From contig JBDHIM010000003.1 of NCBI GenBank assembly GCA_039587445.1, positions 2,239-66,238 of the forward strand: a DNA stretch of 64,000 nucleotides. The letters are read 5' to 3'. A program made the position numbers and the translations under genes. Numbering within the stretch: the first letter of the stretch is position 1; every line of letters starts with the position of its first letter. Below, one piece after another: positions 43,735-52,215 of the stretch. The notes under the pieces are model-generated. The model was not told the DNA's origin and made no database searches. It worked only from the letters and a program-made list of their open reading frames with translations. Origin of the DNA: Gemmatimonadota bacterium (GTDB lineage Bacteria > Gemmatimonadota > Gemmatimonadetes > Palauibacterales > Palauibacteraceae).

Positions 43735-44997
43735 CTACTCGCCTCCAGGGAGCTCGCTTGGATCGAGTCCGCAGCCGCTCGCCGCGTAGTGTCGGAGCGT
43801 ACCGTCGACCATCCCCGAAATCTCCTCGTACGCTTTCACCTGACGGTACGGCACCTCACGCCAGCGTGCGACGACCCGTGACATGAGCAGGTGCGCGCTG
43901 TCGATGCTCGTGTAGTGTGTGTTCAGCTCCTCACAACCGGCTTCTCCGCTGTCGAATGCGGCTCTCGCAATCTCGTATTCTCCGATGAGGAACGCGAGCT
44001 CTCCCTGAAGGCGTGTGAACTCGAGCACCTCCCGCGGGACTGTCTCGCCCGCACCTGCTTCGCTCCAGGCAGCCTCGCCCGCCGGCTCCGATTCGAGATC
44101 CGAAGAGGAGCCTTCCGAAGAGACCGTCCCGAAGTCCACGACCGATCCGGTCTCCGAGCCTTCCATGTCGGGCTCGGCCTCCAGAACGCCGTCGGCGGCC
44201 TGCTCCCCTGATGGCTCATCAGTGAGCGAGGTTCCGCTCGCCGCATCGATCCCCGACCCGGCGGTCGCCGTCGCAGCAGGAAGAGCGTTGTCCTCCAGCC
44301 AGGGTATCTCGAGCTTCCCGAGCTGGACGAGGGCCACGGCGCCGATTGCCACGAGGCCCACGAAAAAGACCGCGGCGCCCAGCAAGCGAGCCCCCAGACT
44401 TCGGTCGTCGATCAGCTCCTCAGCGGTGACCGGATCACCCGGTCGCGGTCGCGGCTTGCCGTGGCGGGCTCCAAGCCCCCCAGTCAGGTCGCGGACCTGC
44501 CCGACGGCCTGGCGCCAGAACGCACCGGCCAACTGGCGCGCTTCTTTGAGTTTCTGCTGCGCCTCCCGCGCCCACTCCGTGGTGGCATCCCGCCTCCTGG
44601 CGAAGCGCCTGTCTGTCGGGTCGGAGGCAGTATCCACGGCCGGCCCTCTCTTCTCAGCGGCCATCTCATCGGCCATCTCACCGGCGGTCAGGGAGGCCGC
44701 CGGAGGCGTCGATGCCGCATCGGGCCCGGGAGGAGAGGCCGCCGGAGATCCGGGCGCCGAGGCCTCGACAGGACGAGCGGCGGCCGAGTCCGGCACATCC
44801 GTCCCCGTTCCGTTTTTTTCAACTCGTCCAGCGTCGGGATGCGTCGGATCCGAGGACTCCGGGGAGACACTATCGGGAAGCGGTCTTCCGAGTTCTCGCC
44901 ATTTGGCCTTCTTGGCCTCCGTAAGCTCCCGTAGTCGGGACTGCAGCTCCATGAGCTGGTCCATCGAATCGGGCTCCTGGACTCGTCTCTCGCTCAT
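43735..44997 (-). CDS. hypothetical single-pass membrane protein with acidic and Ser-rich low-complexity regions
   Basis: 420-aa ORF with a central TM (LLGAAVFFVGLVAIGAVALV). C-terminal region is non-repetitive. The overlapping antisense ORF is Ser/Ala/Arg-rich junk. Confidence 0.45.
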   Translation of the reverse strand: MSERRVQEPDSMDQLMELQSRLRELTEAKKAKWRELGRPLPDSVSPESSDPTHPDAGRVEKNGTGTDVPDSAAARPVEASAPGSPAASPPGPDAASTPPAASLTAGEMADEMAAEKRGPAVDTASDPTDRRFARRRDATTEWAREAQQKLKEARQLAGAFWRQAVGQVRDLTGGLGARHGKPRPRPGDPVTAEELIDDRSLGARLLGAAVFFVGLVAIGAVALVQLGKLEIPWLEDNALPAATATAGSGIDAASGTSLTDEPSGEQAADGVLEAEPDMEGSETGSVVDFGTVSSEGSSSDLESEPAGEAAWSEAGAGETVPREVLEFTRLQGELAFLIGEYEIARAAFDSGEAGCEELNTHYTSIDSAHLLMSRVVARWREVPYRQVKAYEEISGMVDGTLRHYAASGCGLDPSELPGGE

Positions 44998-45225
44998 TAC
45001 GACCTCGAGCGCCCGTTCGTAAAAAAGTATCGGATCGAGACCTCCGTGATCCCGCCCATGGTAGGGCCCTGTTGCAGCGCCCAGACCCTCGCCGGTTGGC
45101 CGACGGTCCTGTAACCGCCTGCCATCACAGGAATTGAAGGTTCCAGTCTTGTGGGCACGACTGCGTGCACTCCTCGTGACCGGCCCTCGAGATGGTCACG
45201 TGGAGCGTGAGGCCCACCTTCAGGA

Positions 45226-46770
45226 GTGCAAATTCAAGACCCGCCAGCGAGGCGAATTCGCGCGACGGCAGGCGGCCGGGCTAGTCTAGGCCCCACGCCG
45301 GGTCCGCCGGGATGGATCCGGTCTGAGCCACGTGAGCCGGACGCTGCCGATTTGGGAACCGTAGCCCCCGACGAATCGCCAGGAAGCCCTTCGGGCCTTT
45401 GGGCGTCCATCCGAGAGGCGCTCAGCGGCAGCGAGCGGGACTACACAGAGGGCAGCCTGAATCGTGCCGTCGCGCTGCTGGCCATCCCGATGGTGCTGGA
45501 GATGGCAGGTGAGTCCGCCTTCGCGGTCGCGGACGCCTTCTTTGTCGCACGCCTGGGGGGCGAGGCGCTCGCTGCCGTAGGCCTCACCGAGTCCGTGCTC
45601 GAGATCATCTACGCGATCGCCATCGGGCTCAGCATGTCAACGACGGCCATGGTGGCCCGTCGGTTCGGCGAGAAGAACGAGCGGGCCGCTGCCAGAACCG
45701 CCGTGCAAGCCATCACCGTCGGAATCGCCACGTCCATCATCCTTGGAGCCGCCGGCGTCATATGGGCGCCTCAGCTGCTTCGCTTGATGGGAGCCAGTCC
45801 GGAGACGGTGGAGATCGGGAGCACATATACCCGCATCATGTACGGCACCATGGGCGTCATCGTCCTCCTCTTCCTGAACAACGCGATCTACCGGGGAGCC
45901 GGAGACGCGGCGATGGCGATGCGCTCGGTCTGGCTGGCCAACGGCATCAACATCGTCCTCGATCCGCTGTTGATCTTCGGTCTGGGGCCCTTCCCGGAAC
46001 TCGGCCTCACCGGAGCCGCGGTGGCTACCACGATCGGACGCGGTACGGGCGTCGCCTATCAGTTTTGGGGCCTTTCGCGCGGTCGGCGGCTACGAGTAGG
46101 AGCATCTGACGTGCGCCTCGACCTGCCGATCGTTCGGCGCCTCCTCCGCATATCGGGCGGCGGCGTCGGGCAGCTGCTCGTCTCGCAGGCGAGCTACATA
46201 GGCCTGATCCGAATCCTGGCCGGCTTCGGCACCGCGGTCCTTGCCGGCTACGTGGTGGCGATTCGCGTCGTCATCTTCATCATCATGCCGGCCTGGGGGC
46301 TGAGCAACGCGGCCGCCACGCTGGTCGGACAGAACCTCGGGGCTAGGAAGCCCGAAAGAGCCGAACGGGCGGTGTACGTCACGGGCGCCTGGAACATGGT
46401 GTTCATGACTGTGATAACGGTGCTGTTCGTGACTTTCGCACCCCAGATCATCGCACCCTTCATCACCGAACCGGAGTCACACGCCTCGGGGACCCGCGCT
46501 TTGCGGATCATCAGCTACGGGTATGTCTTCTACGCCTGGGGGATGGTGATGCTGCAGGCGTTCAACGGGGCCGGCGACACCGCGACCCCCACGAAGCTCA
46601 ACTTCGTCATCTTCTGGCTCTTCCAGCTCCCGCTCGCCTGGATCCTCGCCCGGACCCTGGGACTGGGACCGGTTGGCGTTTACTGGGCGATCGCCATCGC
46701 CTACTCGCTCTCGGCGGTCATCGGCATTCTGCTCTTTCGCCGCGGCAAGTGGAAGGAAAAGGAGGTCTGA
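45226..46770 (+). CDS. MATE family efflux transporter (true start probably downstream, near 45400)
   Basis: SLNRAVALLAIPMVLEMAGESAFAVADAFFVARLG is the MATE N-terminal signature. 12 TM helices. Confidence 0.8.
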   Translation: MQIQDPPARRIRATAGGRASLGPTPGPPGWIRSEPREPDAADLGTVAPDESPGSPSGLWASIREALSGSERDYTEGSLNRAVALLAIPMVLEMAGESAFAVADAFFVARLGGEALAAVGLTESVLEIIYAIAIGLSMSTTAMVARRFGEKNERAAARTAVQAITVGIATSIILGAAGVIWAPQLLRLMGASPETVEIGSTYTRIMYGTMGVIVLLFLNNAIYRGAGDAAMAMRSVWLANGINIVLDPLLIFGLGPFPELGLTGAAVATTIGRGTGVAYQFWGLSRGRRLRVGASDVRLDLPIVRRLLRISGGGVGQLLVSQASYIGLIRILAGFGTAVLAGYVVAIRVVIFIIMPAWGLSNAAATLVGQNLGARKPERAERAVYVTGAWNMVFMTVITVLFVTFAPQIIAPFITEPESHASGTRALRIISYGYVFYAWGMVMLQAFNGAGDTATPTKLNFVIFWLFQLPLAWILARTLGLGPVGVYWAIAIAYSLSAVIGILLFRRGKWKEKEV

Positions 46771-46849
46771 TCTGGACTCGGTCAGGGCGAGCTCCCCATC
46801 TTCATTCGACTGTAATGCCGTCCCTCGAGCACAGCCGCAGGAGGATCCA

Positions 46850-47353
46850 ATGAGAACCCGCTTCACCACCTCGTTCGCGCTGATCGCCGGCCTGACGCTC
46901 GCGGCCTGCCAGCCCCGGGAAACCGAAACCGCACTCGACGCCGACTACGGGGCGCCGGACTTCGCCTCGATGAACGAAGCCTATGCCGCGGCGACGAACG
47001 CCGGCGACGCGGAGGCCATGGGCATGCTGTACGCCGTCGATGCCGTCTCGATGCCGCCGAACGCCTCGTCTTTGGTCGGCCGGGCCGCCATCGTCGCCGA
47101 CGCGGCCGAGGACTTCGCGACCATGACGGCCAACCTTAGCAGCAGTACCGAGGGCCACTACCTGATGGGCGACATGGCCGTCGATTGGGGCACGTACCTG
47201 TTCACGGGCGCACTCAAGGATTCGGACATCACCTTCACGCAAGAGGGCAAGTACGTGGCGATCTGGCAGTTGCAGCCGGATGGCTCCTGGCAGATCGTAC
47301 GTGACATTTGGAACTCGAATACCCCGCCCGCCATGGAGGGCGAGAGCGAGTGA
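46850..47353 (+). CDS. lipoprotein with SnoaL-like / DUF4440 (NTF2-like) domain
   Basis: Lipobox LAAC. YAAATNAGDAEAMGMLYAVDAV ... GKYVAIWQLQPDGSWQIVRDIWNSN matches the DUF4440 pattern. GGAGGA RBS. Confidence 0.6.
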   Translation: MRTRFTTSFALIAGLTLAACQPRETETALDADYGAPDFASMNEAYAAATNAGDAEAMGMLYAVDAVSMPPNASSLVGRAAIVADAAEDFATMTANLSSSTEGHYLMGDMAVDWGTYLFTGALKDSDITFTQEGKYVAIWQLQPDGSWQIVRDIWNSNTPPAMEGESE

Positions 47354-47384
47354 AGGCGCCCTCGGCGGCCGTCGGCGAATCGGC

Positions 47385-47648
47385 GTGAGCGGGAGGAAGA
47401 TCGGCGTCGGCGCGCTGGTCGTGCGCTACGCCGCGCGGCTCCGCTTTCCCTATCTGTTCCTGGCCACAGCGATCCTGTTCATCGGGGATCTGATCTTCCC
47501 CGACCTCGTGCCGTTCGCGGACGAGATTCTGCTCGGCCTTCTCACTGCCCTGTTCGGAACGTGGCGCAGGAGGCGCGTATCGGGCTCGAAGAACCTCGCC
47601 CCCGACGGAGGCGTGGCTGGACCTTACGACCGTCAGGAGTCAGACTGA
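47385..47648 (+). CDS. putative small membrane protein (2 TM). Start uncertain.
   Basis: Hydrophobic segments LRFPYLFLATAILFIGDLIF and ILLGLLTALFG. No strong RBS. Confidence 0.35.
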   Translation: MSGRKIGVGALVVRYAARLRFPYLFLATAILFIGDLIFPDLVPFADEILLGLLTALFGTWRRRRVSGSKNLAPDGGVAGPYDRQESD

Positions 47649-47690
47649 GCTGACTCGAGGTGCCATCCGAAACGAACAAAGGAGTACAGG

Positions 47691-49595
47691 GTGAAAGTTG
47701 CACCAGCGCGCCGCGCCATCCCATTGCTTGCCGCCACCTTGTTGGCGCTCCCAGCGGGAGCCGCCGGGCAGGACGATGGAGACAAGAAGATCGTCCGCTC
47801 GCAGGACGACATGCCCCGCCATACCTACGAGATCGATTACATCCCCAGCGAGCTGTTCGCGTCGCGCGAGGCGTTCATGCCGTTCGCGGAGCGCGTGGCG
47901 GCGGACGCCCGGGAGGTACTTGCGACCTACGAGATCGAAGACAAGGCGACCCTGAGAAGCCTCTACAGCCTGCTCGAGGACCTCGCCTTGTTGAACGGCG
48001 ACTTCGACGAGGCGCTCGTTTACGGCGACAAGATCCGCGAGCTGGAGGAAAAGCCCGCCGCAAAGCTGATGTCAGGCCTGGTCGTGCACGCCATCGCATA
48101 CGCGGCGAAGGCGGCACCGGAGGGCGACCCGGCACGCAACGCGGCCTTCCGGACCGACTACTCCGCGGCCGTCGGGGAGCTGCCCTGGGACGTCGTGCAG
48201 GATGACGTCGAGGCGATGAAGGGCTCGATGGAGATCATCGGCGAGAACCTCTTTCTCGGGATCATCCAGAACCAGATGGACCCGGCCGTCGAGAGAACCG
48301 GCAACGTCAGCGGCGACATGGCCGAAGGCCTGATCGGCATGCGCACCGCCGTGGACGTCGTGCTGCCCTACCGGGAACAGATCGTCGGCGTCCTCCAGGC
48401 ATACATCGAGACGAACCGAATCGAGAAGCTCGACATCTGGGCAGCCCGGTCGGTCGACCTGAGCGCGAACGCCGACGCCCAGCCGGTGCTCGTGGCGATC
48501 TGGGACACCGGTGTGGATCCCGACGTGTACGGCGATCAGATGTTCCGGAACCCGGCCGAGCAGCTCGACGGCGTGGACAACGACGCCAACGGTTTCGTGG
48601 ACGATGTCCACGGGATCGCCTTCGAGTGGGACGGCACGAAGACGACGGGAGCGCTCTACCCGCTGGCCGAGACCGCCAGGGCAAGGCTCCCTCAGATGAC
48701 GCAACAGATCAAGGGCCTGAACGATCTCCAGGCCGGGATCGACAGCCCGGAATCGCAGGCTCTCAAGCGGCAGATGTCAGGGATGAAGCCCGATGAAGTG
48801 AAGCCCTTCATCGAAGAGCTCGGTCTGTTCTCCATCTACACGCACGGGACGCACGTGGCGGGCATCGCGGTGGAGGAAAACCCGGGGGCGCACGTTCTGG
48901 TGGTGCGTCAGGCCTTCCCGTACGAGATGATCCCGCCCCCGATGTTCAAGGAAGATGCGGAGCGTTGGGTCGCCAACATGACGGACATCATGGCCTACCT
49001 CAGCGGCTACGGCGTGCGGGTCGTCAACATGAGCTGGGGCTTTAGCCCGCCCGAGCTCGAGGGCATGTTCGAGGTGAACGGGATCGGGTCCGACTCCGAG
49101 GAGCGGAAGGCGATGGCTCGCGAGGTGTTCGACATCATGATCACCGGGATGGAGCGCGCCTTCAGCAGCGCGCCCGAGATCCTCTTCGTCCCGGCGGCCG
49201 GTAACTCGGACACGGATGCCACATTCGACGAGTTCATCCCGTCATCGATCGAGCTTCCCAACGTGATCACGGCCGCCGCGGTCGATCAGGCCGGCGAGGA
49301 GACAAGCTTTACCAGCTATGGCCCGACCGTGGACGTGCACTCGAACGGCTTCGAGGTCGAGAGCTACATCCCGGGCGGGGAGCGCCTGCCCTTCTCCGGC
49401 ACCTCGATGGCGGCGCCAAACGTCGTGAACCTCGCGGCGAAGCTGATCGCCCTCGACCCATCGCTCACGCCTGCAGAGGTCATCGCCCTCATCGAGGAGG
49501 CAGCCGAGGAAAGCGAGGATGGTCGGCGGCGACTGATCAATCCGAAACGATCTGTCGAGCTGCTGATGGAGCGCCGGAACGCCGGCATGGAGTAG
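47691..49595 (+). CDS. S8 family (subtilisin-like) serine peptidase, secreted
   Basis: Catalytic triad contexts IWDTGVD, HGTHVAGIA and GTSMAAPNV. Signal peptide. AAAGGAG RBS before the GTG start. Confidence 0.85.
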   Translation: MKVAPARRAIPLLAATLLALPAGAAGQDDGDKKIVRSQDDMPRHTYEIDYIPSELFASREAFMPFAERVAADAREVLATYEIEDKATLRSLYSLLEDLALLNGDFDEALVYGDKIRELEEKPAAKLMSGLVVHAIAYAAKAAPEGDPARNAAFRTDYSAAVGELPWDVVQDDVEAMKGSMEIIGENLFLGIIQNQMDPAVERTGNVSGDMAEGLIGMRTAVDVVLPYREQIVGVLQAYIETNRIEKLDIWAARSVDLSANADAQPVLVAIWDTGVDPDVYGDQMFRNPAEQLDGVDNDANGFVDDVHGIAFEWDGTKTTGALYPLAETARARLPQMTQQIKGLNDLQAGIDSPESQALKRQMSGMKPDEVKPFIEELGLFSIYTHGTHVAGIAVEENPGAHVLVVRQAFPYEMIPPPMFKEDAERWVANMTDIMAYLSGYGVRVVNMSWGFSPPELEGMFEVNGIGSDSEERKAMAREVFDIMITGMERAFSSAPEILFVPAAGNSDTDATFDEFIPSSIELPNVITAAAVDQAGEETSFTSYGPTVDVHSNGFEVESYIPGGERLPFSGTSMAAPNVVNLAAKLIALDPSLTPAEVIALIEEAAEESEDGRRRLINPKRSVELLMERRNAGME

Positions 49596-49627
49596 CCGAA
49601 GGAAACGATGAGCGACGGAGCGCCGCC

Positions 49628-50392
49628 TCAGCGGCGCTCCGTCACCTTCGAGCAGGGATCGACCATGCGGTCCGAGGCGGCCGCCGCAGCCGGGGTCATG
49701 GAGACATCCCGCTTCGGAAGAAGAAAGCAGACGCGCTGGCGCACCCATACGCCTACCAGTTGATCGCGCATCAGCGCCGGAAGGAACTCCATGCGGTGAG
49801 CCAGCAGTAGGGCCGCCTCGTCCATTCTCGGCCAGCCGCTCGAACCCTCCACCCGGACATTCGAGACCCGTCCCTCCCTGTCGACGAAGATCGCGAGCTC
49901 GACGGCGCCCTCGACGCCGGCCCTCTGGAGCTCCAGCGGATAGAAGTACCACACCACGCGTCCGAACTGGTCTCGGTTGCCGAGCAGTGGTGGGACATCG
50001 TATCGCACGAAGCCTTCATCGGCGCCGGCCAACGCCACGTCCGGGGGCGGGCCCACGTCCACCATCTCGACCGCAGCGGCGACCGAAGCCTGGATTCTCA
50101 GGTCGTCATTGAACGTGACCGATGGCGGTAAGGGTAGCTTCGGACGGGCCACGAGCTCCGGGGGCTCGGGGATTCTCACCAGAGGAGGCAGCTCGAGAGT
50201 CGCGATCGACCACCGCGGCGCCGTGTCGTGCGGGAGCCCCGGCATGCTCAAGAGGCCAAGCACGGGGTAAGCGGCGAGGTGGAGACCGGCCGAGAGGGTC
50301 AACCCCCAGGCAAGAGGTTTCCGGAAGCGGCGTCCGGCGCGCACGGAGGCCCGATTCCTCCAATCGCGCGACCGCCGATCCCGTTCATCCAC
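49628..50392 (-). CDS. tonB: energy transducer TonB
   Basis: N-terminal anchor with S-x3-H (LSAGLH), Pro-rich linker (LPPLVRIPEPPELVARPKLPLPPS), and C-terminal TonB_C domain (YPLELQRAGVEGAVELAIFVDREGRV). Confidence 0.75.
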   Translation of the reverse strand: MDERDRRSRDWRNRASVRAGRRFRKPLAWGLTLSAGLHLAAYPVLGLLSMPGLPHDTAPRWSIATLELPPLVRIPEPPELVARPKLPLPPSVTFNDDLRIQASVAAAVEMVDVGPPPDVALAGADEGFVRYDVPPLLGNRDQFGRVVWYFYPLELQRAGVEGAVELAIFVDREGRVSNVRVEGSSGWPRMDEAALLLAHRMEFLPALMRDQLVGVWVRQRVCFLLPKRDVSMTPAAAAASDRMVDPCSKVTERR

Positions 50393-50396
50393 GCCG

Positions 50397-51785
50397 CTAG
50401 ATCCTGGCCGCCACCGCGTGTTTTCCGAGCTTCTTCACCAGCTCCCACACCGGGCCGGGGAATCTGTGCAACGCTTCCATCGTCTTCTCGAAGCCGTCCA
50501 GAAACCACTCCGCATCGGCTTCGGTGATGTTGAGGGGAGGAAGGAGCTTGACGACATCCATGTGGTGGCCGGCCACCTGAGTGAGTATGTGGTGGTCGTC
50601 GAGGAGGGGGATGACGATCGCCTGGGGGAAAAGGTCCGGGCTGATCCTGTGCGTGGTCGCCCAGGCGCCGCGAAGGCCGAGTGCCCTGGGCTCGCCGAAC
50701 TCGATCCCTATCATCAGGCCGCGCTGCCGGACCGCGGTCATGAACTCGAACCGCGGCATCATCGCCTCGAGCCCCTCCCGGATCATCCCCCCGATGCGCG
50801 TCGCGTTCGCTGCCAGATCCTCTTCGTCCAGTACCCTGAGCGACGCCAGGCCCGCCGCCATCGCCAGGTCTCCCATGCCGAAGGTGCAGGCGTGCCGGAT
50901 ACCCTGGTCCATCGACGAGTACATGGCCTCGTGCACGTCGGCTCTGGTGACCATCGCTCCCACCGGCACGTATCCGCCGGACAGGGCTTTCGAGATCAGG
51001 ACGATGTCCGGCTGAAGACCCTCGACCCACTCGAACGCGAACGGTTTTCCCGTCCGTCCGAGTCCCGTCTGAACCTCGTCACACACGAGCAGGGCACCGT
51101 GGCGCCGGCAGAGCTCCTCCGCCTTACGGAGAAAGTCGTCCTCGGGGATGTAGACGCCCTTTCCCTGGATCGGCTCGAAGATGAACAGGGCGATATCGCC
51201 GGCGGCGAAGGCGTGCTCCAAACCTGCGTAGTCGTTGACGTCGACCTTCACGCCCGTCGGTAGGGAGGGCTCGAAGCCCTCACGGAAGGCCGCGTCCCCG
51301 TTCACGGCCAGAGCCCCGGTAGTCAGGCCATGGAACGCGCGGTTGAGGTAGACCATGCCGTGCTTGCCCGTGGCGACGCGAGCGAACTTGATCGCCGCTT
51401 CCGTGGCCTCGGTACCCGAGTTGCAGAAGTAGACTCGATCCAGCCCGGCCGGGAGCCGTTTCGTGAGCTCTTCGGCCAGGAGGGCGGCGAGCGGCGGGGT
51501 GTCGAAGGCCACCCAGTTGGGAAGATCGGCGGCCAGGACGTCGGTGAGGGCCCGGCTGATCGCGGGATGGGCACGACCGAAGTTGAAGACACCCCAGCCA
51601 CTCATGAAATCCAGATACTGCACCCCGTCCTCGTCCCAGAGGTAGGGACCCTTTCCCCGGACCCACCTCCGATCGAACCCGATAGTCCGAAGCATCTTCG
51701 CCCACATCGGGCCGACGTTCTCCCGGTAGAGCTCGTGGGCTCTCGGTCGGGTTTCTTCGAAGGCACGAGGGATGTTCAGATCCAA
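50397..51785 (-). CDS. class III (omega / acetylornithine-type) PLP-dependent aminotransferase
   Basis: DEVQTGLGRTGKPFAFE with PLP-lysine context (ISKALSGG) and fold-type I N-terminal region. Length is 462 aa. Confidence 0.85.
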   Translation of the reverse strand: MDLNIPRAFEETRPRAHELYRENVGPMWAKMLRTIGFDRRWVRGKGPYLWDEDGVQYLDFMSGWGVFNFGRAHPAISRALTDVLAADLPNWVAFDTPPLAALLAEELTKRLPAGLDRVYFCNSGTEATEAAIKFARVATGKHGMVYLNRAFHGLTTGALAVNGDAAFREGFEPSLPTGVKVDVNDYAGLEHAFAAGDIALFIFEPIQGKGVYIPEDDFLRKAEELCRRHGALLVCDEVQTGLGRTGKPFAFEWVEGLQPDIVLISKALSGGYVPVGAMVTRADVHEAMYSSMDQGIRHACTFGMGDLAMAAGLASLRVLDEEDLAANATRIGGMIREGLEAMMPRFEFMTAVRQRGLMIGIEFGEPRALGLRGAWATTHRISPDLFPQAIVIPLLDDHHILTQVAGHHMDVVKLLPPLNITEADAEWFLDGFEKTMEALHRFPGPVWELVKKLGKHAVAARI

Positions 51786-51960
51786 GGACTCGCTCCAGTG
51801 GGGACGCCTATCGCCGGCTCTTACCGGACGGGGCCAGCGGCGCTCGTCGGGCGCGATTCAGTCGCCGGTTTGTCGATCTTAGCCGACCGCGTGGGTCGAC
51901 GCGAACGTCAACGAAATGTTAAGATTCCGCATCGATCGGACATCCGCCGGAGGAGGCCAC

Positions 51961-52215
51961 ATGCAGGAGCAACTCATCGGCACGGTGACGCACTATTTCG
52001 ACAAGCCTCACGTCGGAGTCGTCCAGCTGGTCGCAGACCTCAGCGTGGGAGACACGATCCACTTCCGCGGCCACACGACCGATTTCGAGCAGACCGCGGG
52101 ATCGCTACAGGTCGAGCACGGCCCCGTCGAGAGCGCTGCCGCCGGGAGCGAGATCGCCATCCACGTGGACGAGCGGGTCCGCGCGCACGACGAGGTCTAT
52201 CTCGTCACCGACTGA
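51961..52215 (+). CDS. small conserved protein (about 84 aa), predicted beta-barrel, possibly EF-Tu domain-2-like
   Basis: Strong GGAGGAGG RBS before ATG (MQEQLIGTVTHYF ...). Its 3' end overlaps the convergent PPDK 3' end by about 19 nt. Confidence 0.5.
   Translation: MQEQLIGTVTHYFDKPHVGVVQLVADLSVGDTIHFRGHTTDFEQTAGSLQVEHGPVESAAAGSEIAIHVDERVRAHDEVYLVTD

Noticed and set aside
44015-45022. 335-aa plus-strand ORF
   Set aside because: Ser/Ala/Arg low-complexity, antisense to the membrane protein gene 43735-44997. It remains possible that neither ORF is real, hence the modest confidence given to the called one.
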